From Chlorobiota bacterium (GTDB taxonomy: Bacteria; Bacteroidota; Ignavibacteria; OLB7): a DNA stretch of 64,000 bases. Position numbers and translations under genes: made by a program. The stretch covers positions 271,393-335,392 of the forward strand of contig JAQBOZ010000007.1 in the NCBI GenBank assembly GCA_028287785.1, read 5' to 3'. Positions within the stretch are counted from its first letter, which is position 1; every line of letters begins with the position of its first letter. The notes under the pieces are model-generated. The model saw only the letters and a program-made list of their open reading frames with translations, ran no database searches and was not told the DNA's origin. Shown in pieces: positions 1 to 9,370 of the stretch.

Positions 1-771
1 GCCGAGGTTCTCGGGGTAACTCCAGACGCCATTCTTCAGATGCGAAACCCAGATCTCCTGATCCCCCCCCTCCGAGTGGGCCGTGGTCGCGAAGTAGATG
101 ACATCCCCGTATGCCCCGACCGAGGCGCCGTAGATGCGGAACGGCGTGCTCTTCTTGAAGAAATCGGTAATGCCCCCGCCAAGGCCGTGGGCATTCTTCC
201 ACTCCCGCGACGGGTTCATATCCGCGCGGTAGAACGGCCCCCCCTGTACCACCCACCCCTTCCTGAGCGATGAGAAGTAGATCGTCCCGCCGTTCGGGCT
301 GATCGACTCCACGGCGTCATCCTCGGCGGTGTTGATCACCGGGCCAAGATTTACCGGCTCGCTCCAGACATCTCCCCCCCTGGCGGATGTGTCGCGGATG
401 GTGAAGTAGATATCGCTGTCGTAGCACCCCTTCTCGGAGCGGAATCTCCCCCAGGAGCGACCGCCGTAACGGGTGGAGTTGAAGAACATGACGCGGCCGT
501 CGGCGGTGATCCGTGGGGTGTTGTCCTGAAAGCCGAGCGCGGTGCCGGCGGCCACCGAATCGTTCCAGCGTCCCAGCATTCGCACTTCGCGGATCGTATC
601 GCCGGAGGGAACGCTGCGCGTTGCATCGACAATCGACGGAGGTTTCCCTTTTCCGATGCCCCTGCGGCCAAGATCCGCGATCGGCTGCGCCGATACCGGG
701 GACACCATAAGTGCCGCCAGCACGCAGAGGAGAACTCCGCCACGAAGGATGAAAATGAGGGATTGCGTCAT
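1..771 (-). CDS. PD40/TolB-like beta-propeller protein with N-terminal signal peptide, partial (runs off the window 5' edge)
   Basis: Hand translation of the reverse strand from the ATG at 769-771 gives MTQSLIFILRGGVLLCVLAALMVSPVSAQP... (cleavable signal) followed by repeated 'DGxxIYFSS/VIYFAT' PD40-like motifs. The frame stays open to position 1, which is why it is missing from the ORF track. AT-rich promoter-like region lies upstream at 860-1110. Confidence 0.6.
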   Translation of the reverse strand, partial: MTQSLIFILRGGVLLCVLAALMVSPVSAQPIADLGRRGIGKGKPPSIVDATRSVPSGDTIREVRMLGRWNDSVAAGTALGFQDNTPRITADGRVMFFNSTRYGGRSWGRFRSEKGCYDSDIYFTIRDTSARGGDVWSEPVNLGPVINTAEDDAVESISPNGGTIYFSSLRKGWVVQGGPFYRADMNPSREWKNAHGLGGGITDFFKKSTPFRIYGASVGAYGDVIYFATTAHSEGGDQEIWVSHLKNGVWSYPENLG

Positions 772-1211
772 ACTGCTTTCAAACTGCCGGGACATTCAGG
801 CCCCGAGGGATGAGACTGCGCGGAGGATCGCACCGATTCCGAAACGTGCCCCTTGCTGATCTGCGAACAGTGGTTCTGGTGCCGACGTGATGTTTCCCTT
901 GCACCGATGCCATTGAATGGTGAGGCATCCCGATCCCACGAGCATCACGTTTTGCTGATTACATAATCATCAAGATATCAAACAAGCCGATTTTTTGTAT
1001 ACACTCGCCGGTTTCCTCCCCCGCGACCGTGGGCCACGCGAGCCCCAACCGCGCATAGAACCAGCACATCAGCGGAGATTGCCGTTTGTTAAATGATGTA
1101 TATATATAGCGTTGCGGTGATCCCATATACGCGACAGCCGGTGGCGATGCTCCAGCGTGGACCGAGAAGCCATCACCACCGACCGTTCACAGATGCCGAA
1201 CCCGGCCGAAT

Positions 1212-1445
1212 CTATTGTCTGGAAATCGAGGTTTCCGCCTTGATCGCAATCAGCGTAGTCGGCTGCTGTTCGCTGCTCAGCCGTTCGCCAAGGACCATCA
1301 GCCCATAGATAGCCCCCATCGCCACCCCAAGCAGCGATGCCAGAAGAATGCCCATCAGAAAAAGCACTTCGCAATCGTACATGAAGCTTCCAATCGCCGC
1401 CAACCCGGTGAGGATCGTCGCGCCATATAATCCATTCTGCTCCAT
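1212..1445 (-). CDS. GlsB/YeaQ/YmgE-family small membrane protein (~77 aa)
   Basis: Internal Met (MEQNGLYGATILTGLAAIG...) is preceded by GGAGGGG 5 nt upstream. There are two glycine-zipper TM helices typical of transglycosylase-associated proteins. The longer 103-aa ORF has no RBS. Confidence 0.45.
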   Translation of the reverse strand: MEQNGLYGATILTGLAAIGSFMYDCEVLFLMGILLASLLGVAMGAIYGLMVLGERLSSEQQPTTLIAIKAETSISRQ

Positions 1446-1669
1446 CGTCTTCCCCTCCAGTCTGTTCACCATCCATCCCTGTTGATAAGCTCCGCTTGCG
1501 GAGCCCGCCCCAATGGGGGTCATAATGCCGAATGATACAATCGGCCTGCCAGGAATTGATGAGAGCGATCATGGGTCGGGTGGAGCGATATCGTGGCAGC
1601 AACAAGCGCGCACGGATGGGGCAACCTTCCGGATATGGCGATCAACGGCGACGGAAACCGGCGTGGCGG

Positions 1670-1906
1670 CTATGCAAGCTCGCCGATTGCCCCTGATGCC
1701 CGGCGCGCCGGGGTGGTTCCGCTCCACTCCTCCGGCTCCTCGTTGCAGCGCCGCGCGGTCCGCTCGATTATCACAAGCGCGCCAAGCAGCAGTCCCACGG
1801 CCAGCATGATGGTAATGCTTACCACGAAAAGGGCGATTCCCGCCCCCATCGAGCCTGCCACCACCATGTTCCGGGCTGTCGAGCGCTCCAGTTCAAGCTG
1901 TTCCAT
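1670..1906 (-). CDS. small single-TM membrane protein, hypothetical
   Basis: 78-aa ORF with GGAGGA 8 nt upstream of the ATG and one strong hydrophobic helix (VVAGSMGAGIALFVVSITIMLAVGLLLGALVII). Confidence 0.35.
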   Translation of the reverse strand: MEQLELERSTARNMVVAGSMGAGIALFVVSITIMLAVGLLLGALVIIERTARRCNEEPEEWSGTTPARRASGAIGELA

Positions 1907-2032
1907 CGTTCATTCCTCCATGGTTTTATTCGCATCGTATCGCAACCGGCTCACGGCATCGGATATCATCATCCAAACCTCATGCAACTGGCCTGCCAAC
2001 CGGGTTCACGGCGGAACGGAATGTGGGGCATT

Positions 2033-3367
2033 TCAAATCAGGCGACGTGCCTTCAGCTCGAGATACTTGTTGATCGTGTTGACGGTAAGGCCGCTTGGCG
2101 GCGTGAGGATGGAATGAATCCCGTAGCGCTGAAGCTCCTTGACGATCTGCCGTTTCTCGAAGGCAAATTTTTCGGCGATCGTCTTCAGGTAGATCTCCTC
2201 CGTGTTCGTGGCCGGGGTCTCCAGCAACGTCCGCAGCTCGGTGTTCTCGAAGAAGACCACCACCAGCAGATGATCGCGGGCGATCTTCCGGAAGTAGGGA
2301 AGATCGCGCTGAAGCGATGTCAGCGTCTCGAAATTGGTGTAGAGGAAGAGAAGGCTCCGCCCTTTGATCCGCTGCCGGATGTTGGCGTAGAGCAGCTCGT
2401 AGCTGGACTCCAGGAAGTTCGTCTGCTGATTGTAGAGCACCTCCAGAATCTGCTGCATCTGCGCCCGGCGGCGCTCGGCCGGGATCACGTTCCCCATCTT
2501 TTCGGCAAATGTGATAAGCCCGGCGCGGTCGTTCTTCAGCAGAGCGATGTTGGAGATGACAAGGCTGGTGTTGATGGCGTAGTCCAGAAGGCTCATCCCC
2601 TCGAACGGCATCTTCATCACCCGCCCCTTGTCGATCAGGCTGTAGACCGGCTGCGACCGCTCATCCTGGTACTGGTTCACCATGAAGGACATCTTCCGCG
2701 CGGTTGCCCGCCAGTTGATCGTCCGGTAATCATCGCCGCGGACATACTCGCGGATCTGATCGAACTCCATCGTCTGCCCGATCCGCCTGATCTTCTTGAT
2801 CCCGGCCTCGTTCAATCGGTTGGAGACGGCCAGCAGTTCGTAGCGGCGCATCTGGATGTAGCTTGGATAGACCGGCACCATCTGGTTCTGCGAGAACCTG
2901 TAGCGCCGCCGCGCCATGCCGATCGGCCCGGCCACAAAGACATTGACCGCCCCGAAGTGATATTCCCCCCGCTCGGTCGGGCGAAGCGAATACGAGAGGA
3001 TCTTCCGCCCCCCCGGCGGAACCACAAGGTCGAAGTTGTTGTCCCGCACCTGAAACTGAAACGGAAGCTCATCGACCACCGAGATCCGGGCCGGAAAGGC
3101 GTAGCCGCTCTCCACATGCACGCGGATCTCGTTGTCATCGCCGTTCGAGAATCGCTCCGGGGCCTCCCGGCTTGCCCGAAGCCCGCGGCCACGGTAGAGG
3201 AGGAGCAGATCCACCACCACCAGCGCAACCACCACCACCACGCTGAGCTTCGCGAAGAAGAAGAGCCCCGGCACGATATAGCCCACCACGAAGAGGAGCA
3301 CCACTCCGCCGAGCGCGAGAAAGAAGCGTTTGTCGAGATAGAAACTTCGGAAGAACGTCATGAGCAT
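2033..3367 (-). CDS. DUF58 family protein (MoxR-associated, vWA-like)
   Basis: N-terminal double TM, then the conserved DUF58 core; it lies immediately downstream of MoxR. The start is chosen at the MLMTFF Met (3367) because the longer ORF (start 3463) overlaps the moxR stop and reads through a palindromic REP-like element at 3380-3400; 3463 remains a possible alternative. Confidence 0.7.
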   Translation of the reverse strand: MLMTFFRSFYLDKRFFLALGGVVLLFVVGYIVPGLFFFAKLSVVVVVALVVVDLLLLYRGRGLRASREAPERFSNGDDNEIRVHVESGYAFPARISVVDELPFQFQVRDNNFDLVVPPGGRKILSYSLRPTERGEYHFGAVNVFVAGPIGMARRRYRFSQNQMVPVYPSYIQMRRYELLAVSNRLNEAGIKKIRRIGQTMEFDQIREYVRGDDYRTINWRATARKMSFMVNQYQDERSQPVYSLIDKGRVMKMPFEGMSLLDYAINTSLVISNIALLKNDRAGLITFAEKMGNVIPAERRRAQMQQILEVLYNQQTNFLESSYELLYANIRQRIKGRSLLFLYTNFETLTSLQRDLPYFRKIARDHLLVVVFFENTELRTLLETPATNTEEIYLKTIAEKFAFEKRQIVKELQRYGIHSILTPPSGLTVNTINKYLELKARRLI

Positions 3368-3434
3368 GCGTCGTGTGTCGGGGGACGTTTCAAACGTGCC
3401 GGAACAATCGTTTAAAGACGGCCGGGGATAAACT

Positions 3435-4457
3435 CTATCGGGGAACTTCGATCCGATCGACAATTCCCTTCACCACGTCATCCGGCGTCACCCCTTCCAT
3501 CTCCTTCTCCGGCGTGATCAGAATCCTGTGGTTCAGCACCGGGCCGACAACGCGCCGGATATCCTCGGGGGTCACAAAATCGCGACCGGCCATCGCCGCG
3601 AACGCCTTTGCCCCCATCATGATGGAGATCGATGCCCGCGGCGAGGCCCCCAGATAGAGCGCGTTGTTGTTACGCGTGCCATCCACGATCTGAGCGATGT
3701 AGCGAAGAAGCGGCCCCTCGCAATGGACCTCCCGAACCTTCGCGCGGAAGGCGGCGATATGCTCCGCGGTCATCACCGGCCCCACCACGCTGATATCGGT
3801 GCTGCTCTTGCGCTGGTGAAAATCGGCAAGGATCTTCACCTCGTCGTCGATCGAGGGATAACCGACAGTGATCTTGAAGAGAAAGCGGTCCAGCTGCGCC
3901 TCCGGCAGACGGTAGGTTCCCTCCTGTTCGATCGGGTTCTGCGTGGCGATCACCAGAAACGGGCTGTCCATCAGGTAGGTCTCCCCATCCACCGTCACCT
4001 GCCGCTCCTCCATCACCTCGAAGAGGGCTGCCTGCGTCTTGGCCGGCGCCCGGTTGATCTCATCGATCAGGATCAGGTTGCTGAAGATCGGCCCGCGCCG
4101 GAACTCGAACTCGGATGACTTCATGTTGAAGATGGAGGTGCCGAGGATATCGGACGGCATCAGATCGGGGGTGAACTGCACGCGGGAGAAGCCGACCGAA
4201 AGCGTGCGGGCGATCAGCTTCGCGGCAAGCGTCTTGGCGATGCCGGGAACCCCTTCGATCAGCACGTGCCCGTCAGCCAGAATGGCCGCCAGCATCTGAT
4301 CCACCATCGCATGCTGCCCCACCATGATCTTCCCCACCTCCATGCGGATGCGATCCATCGCCTCCCGGATATCGCCGAGATCGAGACGGGATGTAAAGAA
4401 CTCCTGACTGTCCATAATGCCCTTCTGTTTCTGATAGGTTTCGGTAGGATTGAACAT
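3435..4457 (-). CDS. MoxR-family AAA+ ATPase
   Basis: Walker A GVPGIAKT, Walker B LILIDEINRA, sensor and arginine-finger region; ~320-340 aa as typical for MoxR. Confidence 0.9.
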   Translation of the reverse strand: MFNPTETYQKQKGIMDSQEFFTSRLDLGDIREAMDRIRMEVGKIMVGQHAMVDQMLAAILADGHVLIEGVPGIAKTLAAKLIARTLSVGFSRVQFTPDLMPSDILGTSIFNMKSSEFEFRRGPIFSNLILIDEINRAPAKTQAALFEVMEERQVTVDGETYLMDSPFLVIATQNPIEQEGTYRLPEAQLDRFLFKITVGYPSIDDEVKILADFHQRKSSTDISVVGPVMTAEHIAAFRAKVREVHCEGPLLRYIAQIVDGTRNNNALYLGASPRASISIMMGAKAFAAMAGRDFVTPEDIRRVVGPVLNHRILITPEKEMEGVTPDDVVKGIVDRIEVPR

Positions 4458-4489
4458 GCGCCGCCACCCGCACCGGTGCCCCGCGGGCG

Positions 4490-5713
4490 CTACCGGCCCC
4501 GCTTCTGGAAACCCTCGATCGCCGCGTTGATCTTCATAAGCTGCTGATCGGTAAGCGAACTGGCGCGCCTGACCTGTTCGATACGATCGAACACCATCCG
4601 CACCTCCTCTTCATCCACGCCGGAGCGGGACGCCACAAGGCGATGAAAATCCCCGCGCAGATCGCTCGACGTGATGCCGAAACGGATGCGGAGATAATCG
4701 AGGAAATAGGTTATCCGCTTCTCGGCGATGTTCCGGTGATCGGCATGCTGGAAATACAACTGCGACACGGTCGCCGCGAACTGAAGAGTGGTGTTCGGAA
4801 GCGGCCTGATCTCCGGGATGATCCTCTGCCGGCGCTTCCCCATGAACAGCATGAAGCAGGCCACGCCGATCAGGCCGATGTAGAACGCCCAGGCGAGCGC
4901 CTCCTGCGAAAGCACGTATCGCATCGGCGAGGTGATCACCCTGCGCCCCACCTTGTAGTACTCGTCCCAGATCACCGTCGCCGGCGGAAGGTAGGAGAGG
5001 GCCTTGTAGATGTACTCCCCGTTCTTCGCATCCAGCACGTTGTAGTTGGTAAACGCATAGGGAAGCGCGCTGAGATAGAACGCACCGCGACCATACCGGA
5101 CCCTGATGAAGTTCGGCTCCCCCAGCGTGTTGATCCCCAGGATCTCCGTTGATGCCGTGTCGAAGTCCTTGAAGTAGCGGTCGGCGACCATCCGCCGGTA
5201 GGAATAGGGGACCGCCGATTTCAGGCTCGGGCTGGTGAAGTTGATCGCGACCTTCGATGAATCCCCACCGAAGACGTTGTAGTTGCCCGCGATGTCGATA
5301 TGGAGCGAATCGGCGAAGTCCGATCCGAACGATTCAGCAGCGACGAAGACCCGGCTCCCGGCGTCGACGAAATCGAACAGCGCCGTGCGGTCCAGCTCGT
5401 CCGGGCTGAACTCCGTGTTGATGATGATGTAGTTCATCTCCTCGCCGGTGTGCCGGGGGTCCCGGTCATCACCCGCGGTATACTCCAGATGCCCGCTTCC
5501 GAGGGCGTTGTACGCCGGCCCGGTGCTGCTGGCAATCGATGCATCGTGGAAGAGATCGGGGAGAAGATCGTAGAGGATGTAGGTTCCGTACGGAACCTTG
5601 TCGTTCCGGGTGAAGCTGGGGGACCAGTTCACCTCGCGCGGCGCCAGTATTCTGGCGATGATCGCGATGATGCCGACCACGGCGAGCGGGATGGTGTAGA
5701 TGCGCCGCTTCAT
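4490..5713 (-). CDS. DUF4350-like membrane-anchored protein
   Basis: N-terminal TM, large extracytoplasmic domain, second TM near residue 270. Its position between DUF4129 and MoxR matches the conserved operon; family assignment is from recall of that context. Confidence 0.6.
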   Translation of the reverse strand: MKRRIYTIPLAVVGIIAIIARILAPREVNWSPSFTRNDKVPYGTYILYDLLPDLFHDASIASSTGPAYNALGSGHLEYTAGDDRDPRHTGEEMNYIIINTEFSPDELDRTALFDFVDAGSRVFVAAESFGSDFADSLHIDIAGNYNVFGGDSSKVAINFTSPSLKSAVPYSYRRMVADRYFKDFDTASTEILGINTLGEPNFIRVRYGRGAFYLSALPYAFTNYNVLDAKNGEYIYKALSYLPPATVIWDEYYKVGRRVITSPMRYVLSQEALAWAFYIGLIGVACFMLFMGKRRQRIIPEIRPLPNTTLQFAATVSQLYFQHADHRNIAEKRITYFLDYLRIRFGITSSDLRGDFHRLVASRSGVDEEEVRMVFDRIEQVRRASSLTDQQLMKINAAIEGFQKRGR

Positions 5714-6516
5714 GCCTCCCTCCGCAGCATCGCGTCGAAGCCGGCAAAGCGCTCCCGGAGGCTTCGAAACATCGTCTCGTCGACCGGCAGATCGCCGTAC
5801 CAGACGTATTCGAACAGCAGCGTCACCTGGGCGAACGGATCGCGGAGCGCCGGCACCGACAGCTCGCGGAGATAGTCGTGGTTGGTCTTCTCCATGCGGA
5901 GCGCGATCATCTTTCGGCTTCCCATCTCCTTCAGCAGCTTCAGATAGTGCAGCCGCACCGCCCGCCTGAAGTTCCGCGCCGCAACCGCCGCCTCGATCAG
6001 CCGGTCGAAATCCATCGTCTCGATATTCTCATCGATCTCCGTGAAGCCCGGCGCCACGGCCTCCCCGTCGCGGAAGAACGCCCCGCGCACCCCGTCGCTC
6101 CTCAGCACAAGGAGCACCAGCCCCAGGCCGATAAGGATCACCGACGGCCAGGAGGTGAGCGCCGACCAGATCTTTCCCGGCGCGGAGCCTGCGCCCTTGC
6201 CGTAGAGATGCTCGCGCAGCCAGGCCAGCACCTTCTGAAAAAACGTCGATGGATCGCGCGGCTTCCGATCGTACAGATAATCGTCGTCATCGGTGAATTT
6301 CTTCAACCGCCGGGCATCGGGCTTTCGGATAAGGATGGTGCTGTGATCGCTGGCGACGCCGTGGTTGCCGCCGACGAGACGGTGCCGGGTGCTGTCGCCA
6401 TACTTCTCCACGGGTATCGGCGCGCTATGCAGGGAATCGTCCTCCTCCTGTGCCGGGAGAGGGACGCATGCGAACAGAAGAAGTGCCAGCACGAGGAGAC
6501 TACCAGCCAGTCGCAT
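5710..6516 (-). CDS. DUF4129-like protein
   Basis: Signal/TM N-terminus, central TM, C-terminal helical domain. Has a 4-nt ATGC start/stop overlap with the downstream gene. Confidence 0.55.
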   Translation of the reverse strand: MRLAGSLLVLALLLFACVPLPAQEEDDSLHSAPIPVEKYGDSTRHRLVGGNHGVASDHSTILIRKPDARRLKKFTDDDDYLYDRKPRDPSTFFQKVLAWLREHLYGKGAGSAPGKIWSALTSWPSVILIGLGLVLLVLRSDGVRGAFFRDGEAVAPGFTEIDENIETMDFDRLIEAAVAARNFRRAVRLHYLKLLKEMGSRKMIALRMEKTNHDYLRELSVPALRDPFAQVTLLFEYVWYGDLPVDETMFRSLRERFAGFDAMLRREA

Positions 6517-7393
6517 CCGCGCTCCCCGGCTTTTCGCTGGAATCGGTATCGTCGGCGGAATCGGCGTCGTTGCCGCCGATCGTCTGAATGCGGCGCATCA
6601 GCCCGACGCCATCATGCTTCTCCCGGAGGTTGAAGTAGTTGAGCGCGGTGGCAACGGTCGGAAGCGCCGAACAGAGAGCGCCGCCGAAGGTGGCGATGAC
6701 GGTTCCGACCATCGACAGCACGCCGAGACGGTCGCCATGCCCCGTGAAATACCCCTCGGCGAACACGGCAAGCAGCGCCGGGATCTCGAAGAAATAGCGC
6801 ATGACCATGGCGATGATGAACGGCACCACGAAGATGCCGAACGCCAGCCACCAGTGGCCGCGGACCAGCTTGATGCTGCGGGAAACCGACTCCGATATCG
6901 AACACCGTTCGTAGACCTGCACGGTGACCACGACGGTATAGATGCCGAAGCAGTAGATGCCGGGGATGAGGAACAGCATGGAGGCCAGGCCGATGACAAT
7001 CGCGCCGCAGAAATAGGTGAAGCTCACCTTCAGCACATCGCGCCGCGTCTCCCCCCAGACCTCCTCAAGCGTAAACCCGTCCGGCCCCTTCTCGGCATAG
7101 AGCGCCACGAACTCGTTGATCACCGTGGTCATCACCGAGAAGGCCAGCACCAGTATCAGCATGGCAAGGAACACCGAGCCGATTGCGCCCCCCGTGGCCC
7201 CGTAGGACCGATAGGGCCCGGCGTTGATCGCGGAGCCGAACAGGAAGCTGGACACCAGCAGCAGCGGGCCGGCAATGAACAGAACGCACTTCCCCAGGAG
7301 CCTGAAATTTTCCCGGATGAACGTGAAGGTGAGGCCAAGCTGATCGCCGAAATCACGCGACTTGAACAGCTCAAGGGGTTCGGAGGTTTCCAT
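6500..7393 (-). CDS. polytopic integral membrane protein of the MoxR-DUF58 operon
   Basis: About 6 predicted TM helices; overlaps both neighbouring genes (translational coupling). Confidence 0.55.
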   Translation of the reverse strand: METSEPLELFKSRDFGDQLGLTFTFIRENFRLLGKCVLFIAGPLLLVSSFLFGSAINAGPYRSYGATGGAIGSVFLAMLILVLAFSVMTTVINEFVALYAEKGPDGFTLEEVWGETRRDVLKVSFTYFCGAIVIGLASMLFLIPGIYCFGIYTVVVTVQVYERCSISESVSRSIKLVRGHWWLAFGIFVVPFIIAMVMRYFFEIPALLAVFAEGYFTGHGDRLGVLSMVGTVIATFGGALCSALPTVATALNYFNLREKHDGVGLMRRIQTIGGNDADSADDTDSSEKPGSADATGW

Positions 7394-8430
7394 CGTTCGA
7401 TATGCGATAGAGGTGACGAGGGTAGATCACGAAGTAGCCGATAACGAACACGAGCGACGCGGAGATGATCGTCAGGCTGGCCCAGATCGGCATCTCCGTG
7501 TAGCGCGTGATAAATGATTCCAGAAAACCGGCGGCGATAAAGACCGGTATCAGCCCCACGATCAGCTTCACCCCACGCACCGCGCCGCGCCGGAAGGACT
7601 CCCTGCGTGAGTAGGTTTTCGGGAAGAGGATGCTGTTTCCCATCACCAGCCCGGCCCCGCCGGCGATGACGATCGCGGAGATCTCCAGCGTCCCGTGAAT
7701 CCAGATCACCAGCGCCGACTGCGCCAGCAGCCCCCGCTCGTAGAAGAAGTACTGGAACACGCCCAGCATCACGCCGTTCTTGAACAGCTCGTACGCGGTG
7801 CCGAACGAGAGGAGAATCCCCTTGACGAACACCATGAACGAGACGAAGATGTTGTTGATGGGGATATACGCGAACATCGTCCCCTCCCCGCTGTGCTTGT
7901 ACACCCCCATGGGGTCGCCCTTGGCGATATTCTCCAGCGTCATGTTGACATAACTATCGCCGAGGATCAACCTGACGAAGTCGCTGTCGTTGGCTGATGA
8001 GAGGGCGCCGATCACGACCGAGATGGCGAAGATCACCAGCGCGTAGAGCATCTCCCGCTGCGACTGGAATGCGGCCAGCGGAACCTCCTCCTTCCAGAAG
8101 GTGATAAACCGGCTGCGCCGTTCCTTCCTGTTGCGATAGATCGCCTGGTGGACCTTCATGGTCAGGCCGTTCAGGTAGAGCGTGGTGTTGCTTTTCGGAT
8201 AGAATGTGCGGGCGTAGGAGAGGTCATCGGTAAGCTGCACGAACAGGTCGGCGAGCTGATCGGGGTTGGCCCGGTCCCGCTCCGCCAGCAGCGTCTCGAA
8301 CTCCTTCCACCGATCGGCATTTTTCCGGAGGAACGCTGCCTCTCTCATACGATTGAACGTCTGGTTGTATCCGTCGGTAATGATGTTCGCGCGCCGGGAG
8401 AAGGAATTCCGCTGGATGGGTCGGGTCATT
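7371..8430 (-). CDS. SpoIIM-like (DUF95) membrane protein
   Basis: Start taken at MTRPIQ (ATG on reverse strand at 8428-8430). It has a soluble N-terminal helical domain and then ~6 TM helices. The 613-aa ORF in the track is an upstream over-extension through Arg/Asp/Glu-rich nonsense. Confidence 0.6.
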
Positions 8431-8498
8431 TTTGCATGTTTGCCGCAACCCGCACACGCCCGCGCCGAATGGCCTCGGCCGGGAGCGAACATAGCCGA

Positions 8499-9230
8499 AT
8501 GCCCATGAAAGTACAAATTCAAACCACGCAAAACGTCGATATCGAGTATGAGGTTGCCAATATCGCCGAACGTATCGGCGCATGGGCGATCGACGCGCTG
8601 ATCCTGTTCGGCTACGCCGTGATCATCTTCGCCATCACCAGCTCTCTGGCGCGGACTTCCTCGATCGGGGAGGGTCCGGTCACCATCATGACGGTGATCT
8701 TCGCCCTTCCCTATCTCTTCTACGAGCTGCTCTGCGAGATCTTCATGAACGGGCAGAGCTTCGGCAAGAAGGTCTTCAAACTCAAGGTGGTGAAGCTCGA
8801 TGGATCGCAGCCGGAGATCGGCGGCTACTTCCTCCGGTGGCTCCTCAGAATCGCCGACATCTGGATAGCCTTCGGCACGGTTGCCGTGGTCACCATCCTC
8901 TTCAACGGCAAGGGGCAGCGCCTTGGCGATCTGGCCGCCGGCACCAGCGTGGTCAAGATCAAGCCCGCGGTCACGCTCTCCGATACCATCCTGGCGAATG
9001 TTGCCGATGATTATGTCCCCACATATCCGCAGGTGATGGAGTTGAAGGATGAGGATATCGCGGTGATCATGGAGGTGCTTACGTCGCGGGAATATCGGGA
9101 TGATCCGACGATCGTGCGGGCACTGGTCACCCGGATTCAGGATACGATCGGCGTGACATCCGAGCTGACGCCGAAGAAATTTCTGCGGACCGTAGTGAAG
9201 GACTACAATCACTACGCAAGCCTGATGTAG
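8499..9230 (+). CDS. RDD family membrane protein
   Basis: MPMKVQIQTTQNVDIEYEV..., three TM helices with conserved R/D residues (RIADIW); divergently transcribed from the SpoIIM-like gene. Confidence 0.7.
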   Translation: MPMKVQIQTTQNVDIEYEVANIAERIGAWAIDALILFGYAVIIFAITSSLARTSSIGEGPVTIMTVIFALPYLFYELLCEIFMNGQSFGKKVFKLKVVKLDGSQPEIGGYFLRWLLRIADIWIAFGTVAVVTILFNGKGQRLGDLAAGTSVVKIKPAVTLSDTILANVADDYVPTYPQVMELKDEDIAVIMEVLTSREYRDDPTIVRALVTRIQDTIGVTSELTPKKFLRTVVKDYNHYASLM

Positions 9231-9370
9231 CAGACGCGCCGGTCACCGGGAGTTTCCCGGCCGGAAGGAATCCGGGAAACTCCAGGCCCCAACGACAAAC
9301 GCCGCTCGCCGATCTTCCCTCAAACGGGAGAAGGATCGACGAGCGGCGTTGTGTATCAGCCCTGACGAAA

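Noticed and set aside
1982-3415. 477-aa ORF on the + strand (and many similar ones: 17826..19277+, 19702..21345+, 21401..22921+, 23641..25167+, 25210..26514+, 26539..28917+, 34245..36161+, 36069..37217-, 37998..39761+, 39927..41171-, 43621..44898+, 45404..46885-, 46441..47604-, 46809..48551+ upstream part, 50182..51672-, 51699..52790-, 54823..55995-, 56233..58227-, 59714..61501-, 62231..63241+)
   Set aside because: Each is antisense to, or frame-shifted within, a gene with clear family signatures. The translations are Arg/Asp/His/Pro-rich low-complexity strings typical of spurious open frames in ~65% GC DNA, and they have no RBS or domain motifs.
7371-9212. 613-aa ORF reported for the SpoIIM-like gene
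   Set aside because: Only the C-terminal ~353 aa (from MTRPIQ, 8430) look like a membrane protein. The upstream 260 aa are charged, proline-rich nonsense that overlap the divergent RDD gene on the other strand, so this is an over-extended ORF.
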